Shown here: positions 25,740 to 33,257 of the stretch, piece after piece
How positions within the stretch are numbered: position 1 is the stretch's first letter
Layout: each line of letters opens with the position of its first letter
Virus record (IMG/VR): IMGVR_UViG_3300049023_000137
Coordinates: 1-34,245 of that record
Strand: one strand, 5' to 3'
DNA: 34,245 nt
Source of the DNA: a virus
Lineage: Duplodnaviria > Caudoviricetes
Program-made: the position numbers and the translations under genes
Notes under the pieces: generated by a model
Told to the model about the DNA's origin: nothing
Seen by the model: only the letters and a program-made list of their open reading frames with translations
Database searches by the model: none

Positions 25740-25930
25740 GCCGCCCTCAGAACGGCGTGGGGGTCGGCAACCCCCTCCCAGTGGAGAACGCGGCCCTTGC
25801 AGGCCACGACGAACGAGGCGAGGCGGACCTCCCGAGCGTAGCTGAGCGCCGAGCGCTCGAAGCAAAAGGAAGAAACGGAGACCCCGCTGGTGGTCACGCT
25901 GTAGAGGTCAATGCAGCGCACGTCCTTCAT
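25736..25930 (-). CDS. Hypothetical protein (64 aa)
   Basis: GGAGGAG SD, class B promoter upstream. Confidence 0.6.
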   Translation of the reverse strand: MKDVRCIDLYSVTTSGVSVSSFCFERSALSYAREVRLASFVVACKGRVLHWEGVADPHAVLRAA

Positions 25931-25970
25931 GGTCGATTCTCCTCCGCGGCACCGCGCCGCTCACATCTCA

Positions 25971-25998
25971 ACAATACATCACGTGACGCTGTTGTCAA
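25971..25998 (-). promoter_or_regulatory. Sigma70-type promoter, class B (TTGACA-16-TATTGT, TCACGTGA palindrome in spacer)
   Basis: Minus strand TTGACA acagcgtcacgtgatg TATTGT. Confidence 0.7.
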
Positions 25999-26231
25999 CT
26001 CTGCACGCAACAAAATCGCTCGGCCGCACGGATCAGTCGATCGCCAATCCTCACCGCGACATCCTGCACGCGCTCAGCAAGCTCCGAGCCAGCGCCGAGC
26101 ACCGCAGCGTCTAGCGCACCATAGCCGGCTTCGGCCAGCGCCATGCACTCGGCCGCGCTGTCGGTCGACGATGCGAGCGTTGCGGCGCGCTCTGCGGTGG
26201 CCAGGAGACGGGCGATGTCGATGCGGGTCAT
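25995..26231 (-). CDS. Hypothetical Ala-rich helical protein
   Basis: MTRIDIARLLATAERAA...; fills the gap between neighbours. Confidence 0.5.
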   Translation of the reverse strand: MTRIDIARLLATAERAATLASSTDSAAECMALAEAGYGALDAAVLGAGSELAERVQDVAVRIGDRLIRAAERFCCVQS

Positions 26232-26290
26232 GGCGGCGCGAAAGCCCCGCTGCGGACGTGCCGAGCGGGGCCGATGGGAGCGGCGTGCGG

Positions 26291-26548
26291 CTAGGTCCGG
26301 CGCTGGTAGAGGTACGACTCTACCGCGCCCACGAACACGCGCCGCGCCTCTGTATCTGTGTAACCGTAGTAGGACGCCACCCGTTCCGCGACGTGCTCCA
26401 CGGACGCCGACGGGAACGCGAATGCGCACACGCGCGCGGCTTCGAACACCCGATCCGGGATGTTTCGCGCGCTGCGCATCTGGTTGATCGCCACCGTATA
26501 CGTCACCAGCTCACTCCACTCACCAGGCTGTTTCACGTTGTTGGCCAT
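26291..26548 (-). CDS. Hypothetical protein (85 aa)
   Basis: Hairpin followed by AGGAGG SD; MANNVKQPGEWSEL. Confidence 0.65.
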   Translation of the reverse strand: MANNVKQPGEWSELVTYTVAINQMRSARNIPDRVFEAARVCAFAFPSASVEHVAERVASYYGYTDTEARRVFVGAVESYLYQRRT

Positions 26549-26617
26549 CGTCGTGCCCTCCTGGCGCGAAAGGCCGGCCACCCTTCCGGGTGCCGGCCTG
26601 GCGCTGCCCATCTGCGC

Positions 26618-26785
26618 TCAGTCCCAGCGCCGCTTGAGCTCAGCGCAGAGCCTGTCGAGGTGCGCCTGTCGGATGGTCCGGAGCGAGGTCCCCTCCAGGC
26701 ACGCGAGGGTCATCTCGCGAGCCTCGTCAATCCAGGTCCTGAGCTCGGCCACCGTGATCTGCGTCATGTCCAGCGCGTCGTTCAT
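26618..26785 (-). CDS. Hypothetical protein, leaderless (MNDAL, 55 aa)
   Basis: ATG 7 nt after the -10 box of module 2. Confidence 0.65.
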   Translation of the reverse strand: MNDALDMTQITVAELRTWIDEAREMTLACLEGTSLRTIRQAHLDRLCAELKRRWD

Positions 26786-26820
26786 AGGAGTGAGCATATA
26801 CGATCGTAGAGCGCTGGCAA
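26786..26820 (-). promoter_or_regulatory. Class A promoter/operator module 2
   Basis: TTGCCA gcgctc TACGATCGTA TATGCT cactcct ATG. Confidence 0.85.
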
Positions 26821-26850
26821 GAACTATCTTCGATCGCCCAGTCGATTCTC

Positions 26851-27369
26851 TCAGCCCTTCGCCGCGCGCTTCTGGCACGACTCGTGCCGGAGCTTTCCGC
26901 CGAGCACCGGCACGACGCGGCGCCCAGTCTGGAACCGCTCACCGCACAGCGCGCACGCCTCGCTGTTGACCACCGCTGCGCTTCGCTCGGTCAGTGCCGC
27001 ACCCGGCTCCGGCTCCTCGCTCCACTCTGTGGGCTCGCGGTCGTCGCGCAGTAGGTCAGCCAGCGTGGACCCGTTGAAGCGGTCCGCGACGTCGTCGAGC
27101 GGCTTGTGCGGCGGGCGAACGGACAGGTCTAGCAGGTGCCGTGCGACGACGCGCTGGATGGTCGAGTTGATGGGTCCGCCGCGCGTCGCGTGCGCGACGC
27201 GGTTCCAAGCGCGCCCGTGTCGCTCGTACAGCTCAGCGAGTAGACGCTGCTCGACGCGGTATGCGAACGAGCCACGAACGCGCGGGTCTACCTGCAGCAG
27301 CGGATCGCCGAAGCGGCGCAGTAGCACAGCCGCGACGAGCGCGGCGAGGGTGTCGAGGGGGGCGGTCAC
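26851..27369 (-). CDS. Hypothetical protein with Fis-like helix and C-terminal CxxC...HxxC finger
   Basis: GTGA-coupled start; VEQRLLAELYERHGRAWNRVAH; CALCGERF...HESC. Confidence 0.5.
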   Translation of the reverse strand: MTAPLDTLAALVAAVLLRRFGDPLLQVDPRVRGSFAYRVEQRLLAELYERHGRAWNRVAHATRGGPINSTIQRVVARHLLDLSVRPPHKPLDDVADRFNGSTLADLLRDDREPTEWSEEPEPGAALTERSAAVVNSEACALCGERFQTGRRVVPVLGGKLRHESCQKRAAKG

Positions 27370-27602
27370 AGCGTGGTCATCAGCAGATCCTGCTGCTCCT
27401 TCGAGAGTTCGTGCCACCATACGGTGGGCGCTTGGCCCCACCCGAGGATCTCGATGCTGTATGGATCGTCGTTGATGTATTCCTGCCACACGGCATCGGT
27501 CGGATGCGCCGTTGCCCACACTTCACCGAGTTCGGACAGATCGATCTGCACATATCCACCCTTCCCGACATTCACGCCTGTGCCTCTGTATGGCCTAAAC
27601 AT
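27366..27602 (-). CDS. Hypothetical protein (78 aa)
   Basis: GGAGG/GAGG SD; aromatic and acidic composition. Confidence 0.6.
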   Translation of the reverse strand: MFRPYRGTGVNVGKGGYVQIDLSELGEVWATAHPTDAVWQEYINDDPYSIEILGWGQAPTVWWHELSKEQQDLLMTTL

Positions 27603-27611
27603 CCTCGCCTC

Positions 27612-27794
27612 CTACTCGTTCTCGCTCGTCCCGTCCGATGCATTGTTCAGCCAGTCGATATTGAACTGGTCGAACTTCTCGACGATGAACGACCCGTGGC
27701 CGTCCTCGTGAGCTATCGAAAGCCCGTGCCGCCTACACACATCGGCCACCTCGTTCAGGAACGCCTGCACCTTCTCCGAACGATCTCTGTTCAT
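27612..27794 (-). CDS. Small hypothetical phage protein (60 aa)
   Basis: GGAGG SD; FLNEVADVCRRHGLSIAHEDGHGSFIVE. Confidence 0.7.
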   Translation of the reverse strand: MNRDRSEKVQAFLNEVADVCRRHGLSIAHEDGHGSFIVEKFDQFNIDWLNNASDGTSENE

Positions 27795-27846
27795 CCTTCG
27801 CCTCCATCGCCCAGCGCACGCCGCGCCGGGCTCCTCCTCGCCTACA

Positions 27847-28050
27847 TCACAGCGCGCTCGGCAGCATCGACCAGCCGCTGCCCGGCGTCAGGAGCGACGC
27901 GAGCTCCTCGCGGGCCGCATCGAGCGCGAGCACCTGGTCGCCGTCCTGCTCCGTCCACCGCGTCGCAACCGGCAGGCCCTTCGTGATGGTGTAGACCCGA
28001 ACCGTGCTGCCCTTGATGATGCGGACCATGTTGCTCGTCGCGTCGTTCAT
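27847..28050 (-). CDS. Hypothetical protein, leaderless (MNDAT), distant paralog of 28433-28636
   Basis: ATG 7 nt after the -10 box of module 3. Confidence 0.7.
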   Translation of the reverse strand: MNDATSNMVRIIKGSTVRVYTITKGLPVATRWTEQDGDQVLALDAAREELASLLTPGSGWSMLPSAL

Positions 28051-28085
28051 GAGAGTGAACATATACGATCGTATAACGATGGCAA
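28051..28085 (-). promoter_or_regulatory. Class A promoter/operator module 3
   Basis: TTGCCA tcgtta TACGATCGTA TATGTT cactctc ATG. Confidence 0.85.
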
Positions 28086-28112
28086 GAACTATCTACGCAA
28101 TCGATGTCGATT

Positions 28113-28382
28113 TTATCGACTACCCGCACCCACCGGCGAGCGCTTCGTGAAGCACGACGCGACGAGCCCCTTCGCGTCAGCCAGGCCTGCTGCCTCCATG
28201 TCAGCCCAGACAGCGCTCTCTGTCTGGGTGTCGAGCGGTACCCCGCGAGCACGGCACGTGAACCAGTAGTCGCTCTTGTTCCAGTAGAACGACGCGTCGT
28301 GCTTCTGCGCAATCCGCGCGATCTGGTTACACACACGCGCCTTGACCTGACCTGTGCCCGCACCGAAGCGATGTTCGTCCAT
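28113..28382 (-). CDS. Hypothetical protein (89 aa)
   Basis: Hairpin followed by GGGAGG SD; MDEHRFGAGTG. Confidence 0.65.
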   Translation of the reverse strand: MDEHRFGAGTGQVKARVCNQIARIAQKHDASFYWNKSDYWFTCRARGVPLDTQTESAVWADMEAAGLADAKGLVASCFTKRSPVGAGSR

Positions 28383-28432
28383 GCTTGCCTCCCTCTCGCA
28401 CGCGGGCCTGGTCACCCGTGCCCGTCCTCGCC

Positions 28433-28636
28433 TCACGCCGCCGCGCTCCACCCTTCCGCGCGCCGTTCGATCATCAACTCGCGGGCGTCGTCCATCGGGA
28501 GCCAGCACCCGGAGCCGTCGGCGTCGATGAACCACGCGCCGAGCTGACCCTTGCTCGTCTCGAGCGTCGCCTTCTCGTTGCCGCGGCGGAGGGTCACGAT
28601 GTTCAGGTTGCGGGGAGCGGTGCGCGTCGTCTTCAT
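28433..28636 (-). CDS. Hypothetical protein, leaderless (MKTT)
   Basis: ATG 7 nt after the -10 box of module 4. Confidence 0.7.
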   Translation of the reverse strand: MKTTRTAPRNLNIVTLRRGNEKATLETSKGQLGAWFIDADGSGCWLPMDDARELMIERRAEGWSAAA

Positions 28637-28671
28637 GAGAGTTAATATATACGATCGTAGAGCGAACGCAA
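28637..28671 (-). promoter_or_regulatory. Class A promoter/operator module 4
   Basis: TTGCGT tcgctc TACGATCGTA TATATT aactctc ATG. Confidence 0.85.
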
Positions 28672-28779
28672 AAACTATCTGCGAGCGCTCGGTCGATTTT
28701 TCGATCGGCCGCTGTAGTCGCCGTCTCACACGTCCGAGCCCGCCGAGCCGGAGCCGGGCGGACTCGGACGACACGGCGC

Positions 28780-29289
28780 TTAGGGCACCAGAACGAGACC
28801 TCCCTCCTCGGCGACGTCGCGCCCACCGAGGAACGTCCACGAGGGGAGCGTGAGCATGCTGTTCACCGGCGCGCGTCCCCAGACCTGCAGCTCGCCATTG
28901 AAGCGGGAGTGAGCCTGCAAGGTGACCTCTTCGCCATCCACGCTTGCCACCTCGAGGTCCCGGTCCTCCCCGTCTACGCGCCACGGCTGCCCGCGCTCGA
29001 CGCGCTTCGGCTTCTGCTGCGGCTGGGCGAGCTCGACGCGCACGGCGCGGCTGAGCGCCGCGTACGCATCCTCGGAGTCGTCGGTGCTGTCCAACAGGTC
29101 GGGCAGGCCGAGCTCTCCGCCGTCGAACGCCTCGCCGTCCCACTTGCAGCCGCCGACGAAAGAGCCGTCTCGGTACACGTCGACGTGCGCCGTGTACTCC
29201 GTAGTCCCGTTGGCGAGCTCCCCGGCCTTCTCGATGTTGGTCAGCGTGGCCCGAAACTGATGCCCCTTGTGCCTGATGCCGATGTCCAT
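28780..29289 (-). CDS. Hypothetical two-domain protein, paralog of 30899-31441
   Basis: AGGAGG SD; shares AGELANG, YRDG, KPKRVE..Q.WRVDGE and WGRAPV.SMLT with its paralog. Confidence 0.75.
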   Translation of the reverse strand: MDIGIRHKGHQFRATLTNIEKAGELANGTTEYTAHVDVYRDGSFVGGCKWDGEAFDGGELGLPDLLDSTDDSEDAYAALSRAVRVELAQPQQKPKRVERGQPWRVDGEDRDLEVASVDGEEVTLQAHSRFNGELQVWGRAPVNSMLTLPSWTFLGGRDVAEEGGLVLVP

Positions 29290-29360
29290 GTAGGTCCTCC
29301 TGACGCCGAAAGCCGCCTCACCCTCTCGGGTGGGCGGCCTCGTCGCTGCTCTACTCAGCC

Positions 29361-29579
29361 CTACTCGCCGTACTCCAGCGCCTCTTGCACGCTGACCTCG
29401 GCCTCCATCGCTTGGACGACCAGCGCGTCCCACTCCTCGATCGTCCTCTCCCCCTGGACACAGGCACACTGGAAGAACATGTGCGCCAGCCTAGCGCTCA
29501 CCGCGCCCTCGCGCGCCGCCATGTCCGCCTGCACCGCCACGTACGCCGCCCCGCTGATCTTCTTGCCCGTCGTCTTCAT
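29361..29579 (-). CDS. Hypothetical protein, leaderless (MKTTGKKISGAAY), paralog of 31541-31774
   Basis: ATG 7 nt after the -10 box of module 5; close paralog present in the window. Confidence 0.8.
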   Translation of the reverse strand: MKTTGKKISGAAYVAVQADMAAREGAVSARLAHMFFQCACVQGERTIEEWDALVVQAMEAEVSVQEALEYGE

Positions 29580-29614
29580 GAGAGTGAGTATATACGAGCG
29601 TAGAGCGTATGCAA
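29580..29614 (-). promoter_or_regulatory. Class A promoter/operator module 5
   Basis: TTGCAT acgctc TACGCTCGTA TATACT cactctc ATG. Confidence 0.85.
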
Positions 29615-29624
29615 TCGAATTCGA

Positions 29625-29662
29625 CGAGCGGTCGGTCGATTTTTTTTTTGACCGACCGCTCG
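29625..29662. terminator. 13-bp perfect inverted repeat around a T10 tract
   Basis: CGAGCGGTCGGTC-GATTTTTTTTTT-GACCGACCGCTCG, between a stop codon and the next promoter. Confidence 0.55.
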
Positions 29663-29668
29663 CCTGCA

Positions 29669-30037
29669 TCAGGCCCGCGTCGCGCGCGACACCATTAGCT
29701 CCGTCTCGTGCGTCTCGCATCGGCGAGATGCGGCGCGCTCCCGATCCGAGCGGGCGCGCTCAGCGTTGGCTTCGTCGAGTTCCGCCTGCTTCTGCTCCGC
29801 CGCGAGCGGCTTCGCGCGACGCAGGCCGGGCACCCAACCGCTGCTCACCTTGACGAGCGTGGAGACGATCTCTTCGGCATCGAGCATCTCACCGATCGCG
29901 ATCTCCACCGCCTCCTCCTCGATTCCGCTGTGGCCACACTTGCCGAACACCTCGCACTCGACAATCTCCGATCCGCCCCACACGAGGCCGCCGATGACCC
30001 GCTTCGCCTGCTCAACCGTGCTCGTTGCGTCGTTCAT
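29669..30037 (-). CDS. Hypothetical protein, leaderless (MNDAT)
   Basis: ATG 7 nt after the -10 box of module 6. Confidence 0.7.
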   Translation of the reverse strand: MNDATSTVEQAKRVIGGLVWGGSEIVECEVFGKCGHSGIEEEAVEIAIGEMLDAEEIVSTLVKVSSGWVPGLRRAKPLAAEQKQAELDEANAERARSDRERAASRRCETHETELMVSRATRA

Positions 30038-30072
30038 ATAACGTAGCATATACGATCGTAGAGCAATCGCAA
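30038..30072 (-). promoter_or_regulatory. Class A promoter/operator module 6
   Basis: TTGCGA ttgctc TACGATCGTA TATGCT acgttat ATG. Confidence 0.85.
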
Positions 30073-30099
30073 ATGGATTCGACTGGCGGTCGGTCGATT

Positions 30100-30375
30100 T
30101 TACCTGCGCCGCTTACCGGCAGGCTTCTGCCACGCCGCAGCGGCGTCCACGAGCGAGAACCGTGCCGCGAGCTGCGCGGCTTCGGCGATCTGCTCCGTGC
30201 TCGCCGTTGTTCCAGCCTCCTCCAGGACACGCACGCGCTCCTCGATGGCGTCGGCGCGCACGCCAAACGCGCGCTCGGCGACGTCGATCCAGTGCGGCAC
30301 CTGGTGTACGATCTCCGGGTAGTCCGCCTCAAACGCCGCGCGCTCGCCCGCAAACAACGCCTTCCTATCGACCAT
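30100..30375 (-). CDS. Hypothetical protein (91 aa)
   Basis: Hairpin followed by AGGAGG SD. Confidence 0.7.
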   Translation of the reverse strand: MVDRKALFAGERAAFEADYPEIVHQVPHWIDVAERAFGVRADAIEERVRVLEEAGTTASTEQIAEAAQLAARFSLVDAAAAWQKPAGKRRR

Positions 30376-30428
30376 GCTGCCCTCCTAACGCCGAAAGGTC
30401 GCACCGGCGAAACCGGGCGACCTATCGG

Positions 30429-30704
30429 TCAGACGGCTAGCTCGCCTACGGGCGAGAGCGCGATGAAGGTCTCGGAGCGCTCGGCGGCGCGAGCTACGTG
30501 CCAGCGCCAGGCGGCGTCGGACACGCCGGGGTCGCGGGGGCCGACCCACGGTTCGACCTTGAACCCTTCGGCGCGAACCGCCGCCGCCGCGTTGCGACCC
30601 CGGAAGATCCGCCCGCCCTGCGGCGAGCTGACGTAGCGCCCGCCGGCGCCCTCCACGAAAGCCTTGAAGCCCTTCGCGCCGAGGAGCGCCTTGCTGATGG
30701 CCAT
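30429..30704 (-). CDS. Hypothetical protein (91 aa, MAISKALL)
   Basis: GGAGG SD in the short leader downstream of module 7. Confidence 0.7.
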   Translation of the reverse strand: MAISKALLGAKGFKAFVEGAGGRYVSSPQGGRIFRGRNAAAAVRAEGFKVEPWVGPRDPGVSDAAWRWHVARAAERSETFIALSPVGELAV

Positions 30705-30743
30705 ATGCACCTCCGTTGTCGGCGTTCTCGTTGCGCCGTTGAT

Positions 30744-30777
30744 ATGAGTACTATATACGCTCGTATAACTAAGGCAA
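30744..30777 (-). promoter_or_regulatory. Class A promoter/operator module 7 (leadered variant, ATC in place of ATG)
   Basis: TTGCCT tagtta TACGAGCGTA TATAGT actcat ATCAACGGCGCAACG. Confidence 0.8.
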
Positions 30778-30898
30778 GTGCTATCCGCGAGCGGTCGGTC
30801 GATTTCGATCGACCACCGCGCGTCGGTTCCTTCTGACGCCTGAAGCCCGCGCAGGCTGTACCTGGCGAGCTCCGGCGTGCGACTGCTGCGGTCGACCG

Positions 30899-31441
30899 CT
30901 AGAGGGCCAGAGCGATGCCGCCGGTCTCTTCTGGCTGCACGGTCCCGACGAACGCCCAGCACCTCATCGTGAGCATGCTGCTCACGGGTGCGCGGCCCCA
31001 CGTGACCCACTCGCCCGTCGCGAGAGTCCGGACCCGCAGCGTGGCCCAGCCGTCATCCACGCTCACTACTTCGAGCTCCTCGCCGTCAACACGCCAAGTC
31101 TGCTCGGGCTCCACGCGCTCGGGCTTCTTCCGCTGGGGCTCGATGCGAGCAAGGTACCCACGCACCTCCGTCTCCAGTGCGTAGTACACGTCGTTTTCGT
31201 TGACGTCCGGGCACGGCTGGCACAGGTCCAGCGGCTGCCCTCGCAGGTCGACGCAATCGGCGAAGCCTTCGGGCTCCCATTGTCCGGCGCCGACGAGTTT
31301 GCCTTCTCGGTAGAAAGAGACCTTCGCATCGAAGCCGCGTGCGCCGTTGGCGAGGTCGCCCGCGTGCGTCGGTTCGGATACCTCCACGCCGAACGTGTGC
31401 CCCTTGATACGCTTGATCAGTGTCGTGTCAGTCGATGTCAT
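30899..31441 (-). CDS. Hypothetical two-domain protein, paralog of 28780-29289
   Basis: AGGAGG SD; shared motifs listed for its paralog. Confidence 0.75.
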   Translation of the reverse strand: MTSTDTTLIKRIKGHTFGVEVSEPTHAGDLANGARGFDAKVSFYREGKLVGAGQWEPEGFADCVDLRGQPLDLCQPCPDVNENDVYYALETEVRGYLARIEPQRKKPERVEPEQTWRVDGEELEVVSVDDGWATLRVRTLATGEWVTWGRAPVSSMLTMRCWAFVGTVQPEETGGIALAL

Positions 31442-31540
31442 AGTGTCCTCCTAGCGCCAAAGGACCGGGGCTCGAAGCCTACCGGTCCGGGTGCCGCTGG
31501 CCGCCTCACCCGACAGGGTGGGGCGGCCTCGCCGCCTTAC

Positions 31541-31774
31541 TCAGCCCTTGTCGTCCTCGTCGTACTCCAGCGCCTCTTGCACGCTGACCTCGGCGCCCAT
31601 CGCCTTCACGACCAACTCCTCCCACTCTTCGAACGTCCGCTGTCCCTCGACGCACGCGCACTGGAAGTACAGATTCGCCAACCTCGGCGAGACCGGCCCC
31701 TCGCGCGAGGCGAGATCCGCCTGGATGCCCACGTACGCCGCCCCGCTGATCTTCTTGCTCGCCGTCGTCTTCAT
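31541..31774 (-). CDS. Hypothetical protein, leaderless (MKTTASKKISGAAY), paralog of 29361-29579
   Basis: ATG 7 nt after the -10 box of module 8; shares FQCACV.G.RT.EEW and AEVSVQEALEY. Confidence 0.8.
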   Translation of the reverse strand: MKTTASKKISGAAYVGIQADLASREGPVSPRLANLYFQCACVEGQRTFEEWEELVVKAMGAEVSVQEALEYDEDDKG

Positions 31775-31809
31775 GAGACACAGCATATACGATCGTATAA
31801 CAAGCGCAA
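31775..31809 (-). promoter_or_regulatory. Class A promoter/operator module 8
   Basis: TTGCGC ttgtta TACGATCGTA TATGCT gtgtctc ATG. Confidence 0.85.
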
Positions 31810-31850
31810 GAACTATTTCTGAGTCGCGATGTCGATTCCCTCAGCCCAGC

Positions 31851-32435
31851 CTACTCCCCGCGCGCCAGCCGCACAGCGCGCTCGACCTCGGCGCGGTGCG
31901 CCGCCTGCACCTCGCTCGCGAACGTCACGGAGACGTGGAACGCAACGTCAGTGTAATCCGACATCGAGTCGCTTCTGTCGTAACTGTACTGCTTCGCGAC
32001 CGCCTCGACGGCGGCCTCGATCCGTTTCCCGCGCGTCGACATCCAGGGCAGGCCGCTGAACCCGTGCGGGTCGCGCAGTTCGAACTCAACGCGCGCTGGG
32101 TTCACGATGGGCATCAGGTCGCCCGTGGGAACATCCACGATCTCGATGTCGATGGCCCACCGGTGCGTCGCGCGCCCGGACCGCACGCGGCACTTCACAC
32201 CCTTCAGCGGGCCGTTCGCCTTCGTCGCTGCGGCGAGCTCCTTTCGGATGAGCTTCGCCGTCTCGGCGATCGGGCGGCTCTTGTCGTACTTCGCGCCCGT
32301 CCAGTGCGTCTTCGCCACCTCGGCGAGCCGCGCATACTCGGGAGCAAGCCGACGCGCCCGGTCCTCGCCGACCGTCGCACAGACATCGTTTGCCGCCACA
32401 CCGCCGAGGACCATCGAAGCGCCGTCGTTGTTCAT
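31851..32435 (-). CDS. LPD29-like (large polyvalent protein-associated domain 29) protein, leaderless
   Basis: AETAKLIRKEL...GVKCRVRS...AIDI...VEAVAKQYSYDRSDSMSDYTDVAF resembles the LPD29 pattern; ATG 7 nt after the -10 box. Confidence 0.65.
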   Translation of the reverse strand: MNNDGASMVLGGVAANDVCATVGEDRARRLAPEYARLAEVAKTHWTGAKYDKSRPIAETAKLIRKELAAATKANGPLKGVKCRVRSGRATHRWAIDIEIVDVPTGDLMPIVNPARVEFELRDPHGFSGLPWMSTRGKRIEAAVEAVAKQYSYDRSDSMSDYTDVAFHVSVTFASEVQAAHRAEVERAVRLARGE

Positions 32436-32470
32436 ACAGAGCAGTATATACGATCGTAGAACGTTGTCAA
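32436..32470 (-). promoter_or_regulatory. Class A promoter/operator module 9
   Basis: TTGACA acgttc TACGATCGTA TATACT gctctgt ATG. Confidence 0.88.
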
Positions 32471-32528
32471 CACGATCGCGCAAATAGGTGGGACATGGTC
32501 GCACTCGCTGAGGTCGCGTCGATTGTTC

Positions 32529-32563
32529 TTGCTTCTGCTATACGATCGTATATGTTCACTCTC
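32529..32563 (+). promoter_or_regulatory. Class A promoter/operator module 10 (divergent, leadered variant)
   Basis: TTGCTT ctgcta TACGATCGTA TATGTT cactctc, then a short leader containing AGGAGG. Confidence 0.8.
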
Positions 32564-32598
32564 AGATGCGGCGGCGAGCCGCGCAGGAGGATGCACGA

Positions 32599-32961
32599 AT
32601 GACGAAGCGAACGACGAGCAAGATGCACCCGACCCAGGCCGCTTACGCGCTCGCTCGCGCGACCTACGATACGGCCATCGCGGCGCACAACGCCGAGTGC
32701 CTTGCGGCCGGGTGGTGGGATCGCGACGACGACGAGGCGTTCGATCTCATCGAGGCGAGCGCCCAGCGGCACAACACCTCGCGCCTGTTCGATCTACTGT
32801 GCCAGGCCGAGCGCGCCATGGTCACGTGGAGCATCGAGAACGTGCGTGAGCTCGCTACCAGCACAGGGAAGGCAGGCGAGCTCCCCACGGTCGACGAGCT
32901 CGTGCGGCGCCCGTCGAGTTGGAAGCGCGCTGTCGACCTCGCGTTTCGGGCGGCAGCGTGA
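32599..32961 (+). CDS. Hypothetical helical protein (120 aa)
   Basis: AGGAGG SD before MTKRTTSK; an in-frame ATG at 32566 is an alternative near-leaderless start. Confidence 0.7.
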   Translation: MTKRTTSKMHPTQAAYALARATYDTAIAAHNAECLAAGWWDRDDDEAFDLIEASAQRHNTSRLFDLLCQAERAMVTWSIENVRELATSTGKAGELPTVDELVRRPSSWKRAVDLAFRAAA

Positions 32962-33227
32962 GCACCGACGCAGCGCGCGTAACCCTGCGCCTCGCATCGG
33001 GCGAGCTCGCCGGCCCCGTTGCTGTCCACGGCGCTGGAGGACCGCTCGCCGTCGACGCGGAGCGCGCCATCCTCCGGGCGCTGCGGTTCGCCGCGGCGGG
33101 ACGACCGACGCGACTCGCCGAGCCGATGCCTGGACATGCGCGCGTGTACGTGCATCGGTCCGCGGGCGATCGCGACGAGCGCGTCGTCGATCTGCGCGGC
33201 GCGGAGCTCGTGTCGATTTTTGCTTGA
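32958..33227 (+). CDS. Hypothetical protein (89 aa)
   Basis: GTGA-coupled; its stop TGA lies within the -35 box of module 11. Confidence 0.55.
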   Translation: MSTDAARVTLRLASGELAGPVAVHGAGGPLAVDAERAILRALRFAAAGRPTRLAEPMPGHARVYVHRSAGDRDERVVDLRGAELVSIFA

Positions 33228-33257
33228 CGTAGTTCTACGATCGTATATATTAGTCAC
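33224..33257 (+). promoter_or_regulatory. Class A promoter/operator module 11
   Basis: TTGACG tagttc TACGATCGTA TATATT agtcac ATG. Confidence 0.88.
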
